From positions 1,146,655 through 1,170,654 of the forward strand of contig NC_005295.2 of assembly GCF_000026005.1 (NCBI RefSeq): a stretch of DNA of 24,000 nt, read 5' to 3'. The notes under the pieces are model-generated. The model worked only from the letters and a program-made list of their open reading frames with translations. It was not told where the DNA came from and did no database searches. This stretch comes from Ehrlichia ruminantium str. Welgevonden. GTDB taxonomy: Bacteria > Pseudomonadota > Alphaproteobacteria > Rickettsiales > Anaplasmataceae. Each line of letters starts with the position of its first letter. Position 1 is the stretch's first letter. The position numbers were made by a program, and so were the translations under genes. Shown in pieces: positions 18,971 through 24,000 of this stretch.

Positions 18971-21527
18971 AATATTTTTTAACAGATAATGCTAAACCTA
19001 CAATATCATACGTATTATCCATATCAGAAGGTTCTACAGAACTCCAACTAGCTATATCAACAACACCTAACCTATTACTGGATGTTTGAACATTATCAAC
19101 AATTATACCAAGATTTTTACGTAATAAATTAAGCATTGTACTTTGGTATTCAACTGTATCTACCTTATCTTTTAATGGTATGATAACATCCTTTCGTGTA
19201 ACATTACTGATATCATCTTTTCTTTGCACAGTAATTTTAATAGAACTATTTTTAGAGACTATTAATGTACGATCTAATTCAGAAAATATGATATCATTAT
19301 ATGGAGATACTATTAAATTAGTAATATAATTCTGCATAATAAACATTATCCCAACAACCAATAGCATAATAGACTCATACAATTTATTTCGCCTAATAAA
19401 ATACCCTTGCATTGCTGCTGAAATACTCAATATTCCAACTAAAGAAACACAGATAACTATTATATTATCCCATATATTTGTAATATCGTATAATATTAGC
19501 TCAGTATTATATATAAATAAGAAAGGAACTATCATAGTCCTTATGTTATACAAGAAAGACTGTACTCCAGTTTTAAAAGCATTACCTTTTGCAATAGCCG
19601 CAGCAGCATAGGAAGCTATACCTACTGGTGGAGTAACATCTGCCATAATACCAAAATAGAAAACAAATAGATGTATAGCAATCTGTGGAACATACATGCC
19701 ACTCTTATGTATCACAGAAGTCAAAATAGGCGCCATAAGTGTAGATACTATAATGTAACATCCAGTTGCTGGCATTCCCATTCCTAATACTATACATATT
19801 ATCGCTGTAACTAATAACGTAATAAACAAACTACCACTTGCTATAGAATCAAGCATACCGCTAATTGACAAACCAAAACCAGTTAATGATACAATACCAA
19901 CTATAATTCCAGCTGCACCTGTAGCAATTGCAATAGCAATCATGTTTTTAGAAGCCATCACCATAGCTTCATATATCTGTTTCACACTACCAAAAAACAC
20001 AGAAAGTATACCTGATGTTTTCTTAATAAATAAGGCATATATTGTATCCCTGGTAAGTAACATAAAAATTAAGAATAAATTTGTCCAAAAGCAGGATAGT
20101 GCTGAAGATAATTTTTCAACTATTAGACACCATATTAAAATAAAAATTGGAATAAAATAATGTATTCCATACTTAAAAGTTTCTGATAAACTTGGGCACT
20201 TATCTTCTTGATTGTCATTAGTCCTAAAACGTTCACCTCTAGATTGATAAAAGAGTACTCCAACATATAAACCAATCAATATTAACGATATACAGTATAT
20301 ACTTTTATCAAGAAAGATATCCTTGATCCCAGGAATATAAATTCCGTATATATCCACTCCTTCTATAAGCACATAAACAGCACATGATAAAATAACTATA
20401 CAACTAACAGAAATAAAAAATCGTAGTAAACTTAAATAAATAGATCTTGCTTTTGTTAAATCAATTACAGGGCGCATATCTAACTTACAAGCTTCTAGAT
20501 GTACAATATAAAGTAAAGTAATATATACCATCACTGCTGGAACAAACGCATATTTTACAATTGTTGCATATGGAATAGATAAAAATTCCGACATTAAAAA
20601 CGCTGCTGCACCCATTACTGGGGGCATAACTTGTCCATTAACACCAGCTGAAACTTCTATTGCGGCAGCTTTTTCAGCACTTAAACCCATCTTCTTCATT
20701 AAAGGGATAGTAAAAGACCCTATAGTAATAGTATTAGCAATTGAAGATCCAGACATCATACCCATAAAACCAGAAGCAATAACGGCAGCTTTAGCAGGAC
20801 CACCAACAAACCTTCCAAGTAATGCAAACGATAGTTTAATGAAAAAATTACCAGCACCAGCCTTGTCTAGAAAGGCACCAAATAGTACATATAAAAATAC
20901 AAAATTACAAGATACAGCTAATGCCACTCCAAATACCCCTTCCTGGGATAACCACTCATGAGACGCTATAGAAGAAAAATTGTGCCCTTTATGTGCAACA
21001 ATATCAGGCATATATTTGCCAAAATAAGCATATACTAAAAAAGCCAAAACAATAATAGTAATAGGCAAACCTATTGCTCTTCTGGCACCTTCTAATAAAA
21101 ATAAAAATCCAAAAAATGCTATTATCAAGTCAATATCATTAGGCATTGCTATCCTAAATGATAATTCCTCGTAAAATACCACAATATATAATGCAGATAT
21201 ACTAGCTAATATAGCAGAAATCCAATTAAAAGCTTTAATAAAACTTTTGTTTGAACCTTCCGATATTGGAAAAAATAAAAACAACAAAGAAAATGCAAAT
21301 GCTAAGTGTATAGCTCTACACTGAATATCAGGAAGGACTGCCCACTCTATCCCACAACCAACCAACCAAAAAGGCAAAGGCGAAGCTATAAATAATTGAA
21401 AGCATGCCCAAAAAAAAGCCAAAAAGCTTACTGTATAGGCAGTAATTTTACTACCATCATCAATTTGCCTTGAAGAAGCTAACTCTCGTTCTATTATATG
21501 TTGTATATCCTCTTCCTTATTTTTCAT
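18882..21527 (-). CDS. TRAP transporter, fused 4TM/12TM (DctQ-DctM) permease of the TAXI-associated type, with a C-terminal extra domain
   Basis: 881 aa and highly hydrophobic. The N-terminal FQLFIASPLPFWL motif is typical of fused TRAP permeases. The ~180-aa C-terminal region ends in one TM segment and sits where Pfam places the uncharacterised DUF3394 domain (from memory). Confidence 0.88.
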   Translation of the reverse strand: MKNKEEDIQHIIERELASSRQIDDGSKITAYTVSFLAFFWACFQLFIASPLPFWLVGCGIEWAVLPDIQCRAIHLAFAFSLLFLFFPISEGSNKSFIKAFNWISAILASISALYIVVFYEELSFRIAMPNDIDLIIAFFGFLFLLEGARRAIGLPITIIVLAFLVYAYFGKYMPDIVAHKGHNFSSIASHEWLSQEGVFGVALAVSCNFVFLYVLFGAFLDKAGAGNFFIKLSFALLGRFVGGPAKAAVIASGFMGMMSGSSIANTITIGSFTIPLMKKMGLSAEKAAAIEVSAGVNGQVMPPVMGAAAFLMSEFLSIPYATIVKYAFVPAVMVYITLLYIVHLEACKLDMRPVIDLTKARSIYLSLLRFFISVSCIVILSCAVYVLIEGVDIYGIYIPGIKDIFLDKSIYCISLILIGLYVGVLFYQSRGERFRTNDNQEDKCPSLSETFKYGIHYFIPIFILIWCLIVEKLSSALSCFWTNLFLIFMLLTRDTIYALFIKKTSGILSVFFGSVKQIYEAMVMASKNMIAIAIATGAAGIIVGIVSLTGFGLSISGMLDSIASGSLFITLLVTAIICIVLGMGMPATGCYIIVSTLMAPILTSVIHKSGMYVPQIAIHLFVFYFGIMADVTPPVGIASYAAAAIAKGNAFKTGVQSFLYNIRTMIVPFLFIYNTELILYDITNIWDNIIVICVSLVGILSISAAMQGYFIRRNKLYESIMLLVVGIMFIMQNYITNLIVSPYNDIIFSELDRTLIVSKNSSIKITVQRKDDISNVTRKDVIIPLKDKVDTVEYQSTMLNLLRKNLGIIVDNVQTSSNRLGVVDIASWSSVEPSDMDNTYDIVGLALSVKKYYHVICIYLIAIVLLLVVIFLQTRRNNTIK

Positions 21528-21872
21528 CCTACAATCAACCTTGTTCTAATTATTTATTAGTTAATAGCATCACGTAATTTCCACGTCAATAAAATATCAC
21601 CCCATCAATTAACACCTACAGTTCTCTAAAATACAATGCAAAATAAGCATTGATATCTTAAAAATATATTGTCGAAACTAACAAAATGATAAATTATACG
21701 ATTAAATACCTCTACTGACCTTTTGATATATTTATCGTATTATGTGATTAAACTACAACTTACATACTCCAAATCACATAAATTTATTCTACTACAGATT
21801 ACTATAAATAGTTGTAATAGTAAAGATATTTACTAAATTAACTTTATTATTAATAAATATATACACATAATA

Positions 21873-22033
21873 ATCATCTTTTATTTGTATTTAACTTAAT
21901 AACTATTGTGTTATTGTCAGTAGTTCTCTCCTTAATAAACTATGAAGAAGTAATACTATAAAATGAAGTAGGGTTGATATGTTAGATTTAGCAGTAATTG
22001 ATATTATAATTATCAATTATAATTGGTGTTTTA
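21873..22033 (+). pseudogene. Relic inverted copy of the TRAP-3'/cvpA-5' junction (frameshifted cvpA' start, broken TRAP tail)
   Basis: atgttagatttagcagtaattgatattata... matches the cvpA start atgctagatttagcagtaattggtattata..., and the similarity continues ~105 nt upstream into the TRAP tail. A 2-nt deletion after cvpA codon 10 shifts the frame. The TRAP-tail frame is interrupted by indels and a stop. Confidence 0.8.
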
Positions 22034-22150
22034 TTAAACAATATTCTCATAAGCATACTTATATAAAAAAACTTCCAGTAGATAATATATTGTCTACCTG
22101 TTAGAATTAAGTTTGTATTTAATTTAATAATAAAATTTATCATCAAAAAC

Positions 22151-23503
22151 ATGTCCTCAAAAATCGTATACATCTGTCAGGTATGTAGTAATCAAACACA
22201 TAGATGGACTGGTAAATGCAATTCCTGTGGTAGTTGGGACAGCATAATAGGAGAAACGGCTACTGAACATCTAACAAACATACAATATACCTCTGAAATA
22301 AAGTTAAGTTCATTATCCGATAACAATACAACATCCACCTCTCGTTTCATAACACAAATAACTGAAATAGATAGAGTATTTGGAGGAGGTATAGTCTTAG
22401 GTAGTAGTACTCTAATTGGTGGAGAACCTGGTGTAGGAAAATCAACCCTGTTATTACAATTAGCTGCAATTTTAGATAAAAAATCACCTATGTGTCTTTA
22501 TGTTTCAGGAGAAGAATCTGTAGATCAAATTAAAATTAGAGCAAATAGACTAAATATTACTCAATCTAATATTCAATTATTATCAACATCATCTTTATTA
22601 GATATTACTAATTGTTTAAAAAAAAATAAGGATTTTAAGTGTATTATCATTGATTCAATACAAACCATATATGATAGTAAAATATCATCACCACCAGGTA
22701 CCGTAGTACAAATACGCATGTGTACTCATGAACTTATAACTTTTACAAAACAACACAATATAATCTTATTCATATTAGGACAAATAACAAAAGATGGTCA
22801 AATCGCTGGACCAAAAACCCTAGAACATATGGTAGATACAGTATTATATTTCGAAGGAGAAAATAATACTCAACTTCGTATTCTACGTACAGTTAAAAAT
22901 AGATTTGGCCCTACTAATGAAATAGGAGTATTCGAGATGTCTGATCAAGGTTTAATTCCAATAAAAAACCCATCCGCCCTTTTTCTATCTAAATCACAAT
23001 ATAATAATATAGTAGGTAGTGCAGTATTTGCAGGCATTGAAGGATCAAGACCTTTATTGATGGAAATACAATCATTAATTGCTAATACAAACATGGTAAC
23101 TCCAAGAAGAGCAGTTGTGGGGTGGGATGTCAATCGATTAGCAATGATTATAGCTGTATTAACAGCCAAATGTAATATCTTCCTTGGAGATAAGGAAGTA
23201 TACCTTAATATTGCAGGAGGGTTAAAAATATGTGAACCAGCAGCAGACTTAGCTATAGCAGCATCATTAATATCAAGTTTTACAAATATACCTATTCCAC
23301 CATCAACAATAATACTAGGAGAAATAGCTCTATCAGGAGAAATAAGAAATGTATCAAGCATTGATTCACGTTTAAAAGAAGCTTATAAACTAGGCTTGAC
23401 ACAAGCAATTATTCCACTCAATAATAAAACCATCTTCTCTGATATTAAAATCATAGAAATAGGTCACATTAGAATGTTAAAAAAATATCTTATTGAATTA
23501 TGA
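22151..23503 (+). CDS. radA: DNA repair protein RadA (Sms)
   Basis: It has the zinc finger CQVCSNQTHRWTGKCNSCGSW, Walker A GGEPGVGKST, the KNRFGPTNE RadA motif and a Lon-protease-like C-terminal domain. Confidence 0.95.
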   Translation: MSSKIVYICQVCSNQTHRWTGKCNSCGSWDSIIGETATEHLTNIQYTSEIKLSSLSDNNTTSTSRFITQITEIDRVFGGGIVLGSSTLIGGEPGVGKSTLLLQLAAILDKKSPMCLYVSGEESVDQIKIRANRLNITQSNIQLLSTSSLLDITNCLKKNKDFKCIIIDSIQTIYDSKISSPPGTVVQIRMCTHELITFTKQHNIILFILGQITKDGQIAGPKTLEHMVDTVLYFEGENNTQLRILRTVKNRFGPTNEIGVFEMSDQGLIPIKNPSALFLSKSQYNNIVGSAVFAGIEGSRPLLMEIQSLIANTNMVTPRRAVVGWDVNRLAMIIAVLTAKCNIFLGDKEVYLNIAGGLKICEPAADLAIAASLISSFTNIPIPPSTIILGEIALSGEIRNVSSIDSRLKEAYKLGLTQAIIPLNNKTIFSDIKIIEIGHIRMLKKYLIEL

Positions 23504-24000
23504 AAATATTTGGTACAATTTTCTTAATATGTTTTTTAATGTTTGTAGCCATATTCACAAAAACATTGTTAGATAAGAATACCGTTCCTGATGTTTCAAA
23601 TAGAATAGTACTACCTCTCCTATACACAGAAGATAAATTATTTGATACAAACGAGCTAATTGGACATCCATACATATTAAATGTATTTGCATCGTGGTGC
23701 ACAACATGCCAAGAAGAGCATGGTATATTACTAGACATTGCTAAAAAACAAATGATAAAAATATATGGTATTAATTATCTTGACACAGAATATAAAGTAA
23801 AAGAATGGCTGAAGACTAATGGTAACCCATACACTGAAATAGCTAAAGACTACTCTGGAAAGGTAAATAGTGCACTAGGAGTAACAGGAGTACCAGAGAC
23901 TTTTATATTTGATCAACACGGGAAATTAATATTACACATACACGGTAATTTACCCGAAAATATATGGGAAACTCAAATACTACCTCTAATACAAAATTAA
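23500..24000 (+). CDS. ccmG: Thiol:disulfide oxidoreductase CcmG/DsbE (cytochrome c maturation)
   Basis: It has an N-terminal membrane anchor, the thioredoxin-fold active site WCTTC, and the GVTGVPETFIFD motif typical of CcmG/DsbE. The ATG overlaps the radA stop (ATGA). The stop TAA is at 23998-24000. Confidence 0.85.
   Translation: MKIFGTIFLICFLMFVAIFTKTLLDKNTVPDVSNRIVLPLLYTEDKLFDTNELIGHPYILNVFASWCTTCQEEHGILLDIAKKQMIKIYGINYLDTEYKVKEWLKTNGNPYTEIAKDYSGKVNSALGVTGVPETFIFDQHGKLILHIHGNLPENIWETQILPLIQN

Noticed and set aside
21741-21780. 9-bp inverted repeat tatgtgatt / aatcacata with a 22-nt loop upstream of the TRAP gene, and a 20-bp imperfect palindrome around aatatatt at ~22075-22098 upstream of radA
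   Set aside because: They are short, A+T-rich and single occurrences. They are plausible operator sites but not distinguishable from chance.
21988-22173. 61-aa minus-strand ORF spanning the radA start
   Set aside because: It overlaps the radA ATG and runs antisense through the cvpA' relic. Its composition looks like translated spacer, and there is no support.
22618-22626. A9 homopolymer inside radA (also T9 at 3862-3870 near the MFS 3' end and a C6 run at 5063-5068 upstream of the MFS ATG) as phase-variation tracts
   Set aside because: A/T runs of this length are common in A+T-rich coding sequence (Lys codons). All affected ORFs are intact, and there is no evidence of length heterogeneity.
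22945-23361. 138-aa antisense ORF within radA, and an 82-aa antisense ORF at 23490-23738 within ccmG
   Set aside because: Long antisense frames opposite well-conserved genes are a common codon-usage artefact. There are no start signals or motifs.
1-24000. tRNA, rRNA, tmRNA or RNase P genes, DnaA-box clusters/oriC, IS elements, integrases, toxin-antitoxin or restriction-modification genes
   Set aside because: No G+C-richer structured islands stand out in the spacers. Only isolated partial DnaA-box-like strings occur (for example ctatccact near 15420), and no ORF has motifs of these families.

Overview
This is an A+T-rich chromosomal segment with low coding density. It looks like an Anaplasmataceae (Rickettsiales) genome, most like Ehrlichia ruminantium. 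That identification is an inference from the gene set, base composition, kb-scale spacers and young tandem repeats, and I cannot verify it here. I support 15 housekeeping CDS. ruvB (5' partial) is on the plus strand. On the minus strand are an MFS Bcr/CflA-like transporter, thyX, sdhB-sdhA, an ABCB-type half transporter, cyaY, glyA, rplI-rpsR-rpsF, cvpA and a fused TRAP permease. radA and ccmG/dsbE follow on the plus strand. I see no rRNA or tRNA, no CRISPR, no transposase, integrase or phage genes, and no recognisable defence, toxin or secretion island, so I do not claim a new protein system. The unusual content is architectural. (1) The window is bimodal: nt 1-13241 is about 42% coding with four spacers of 1.3-2.9 kb, while nt 13242-24000 is about 90% coding. 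(2) The spacers hold two young tandem arrays (291 bp x 3.6 at 2605-3665; ~155-bp monomers in a ~310-bp dimeric higher-order unit at ~12050-12830), one decayed array (1626-2290) and a 15-bp perfect inverted repeat (3707-3779). (3) The strongest observation is a decayed, inverted ~160-bp copy of the TRAP-3'/cvpA-5' gene junction just upstream of radA. Together with the functional junction it brackets the whole TRAP permease gene. Secondary points are the cyaY-ABC transporter coupling with an LSEGQ signature variant, a TRAP permease with no binding-protein gene nearby, and sdhAB without sdhCD.
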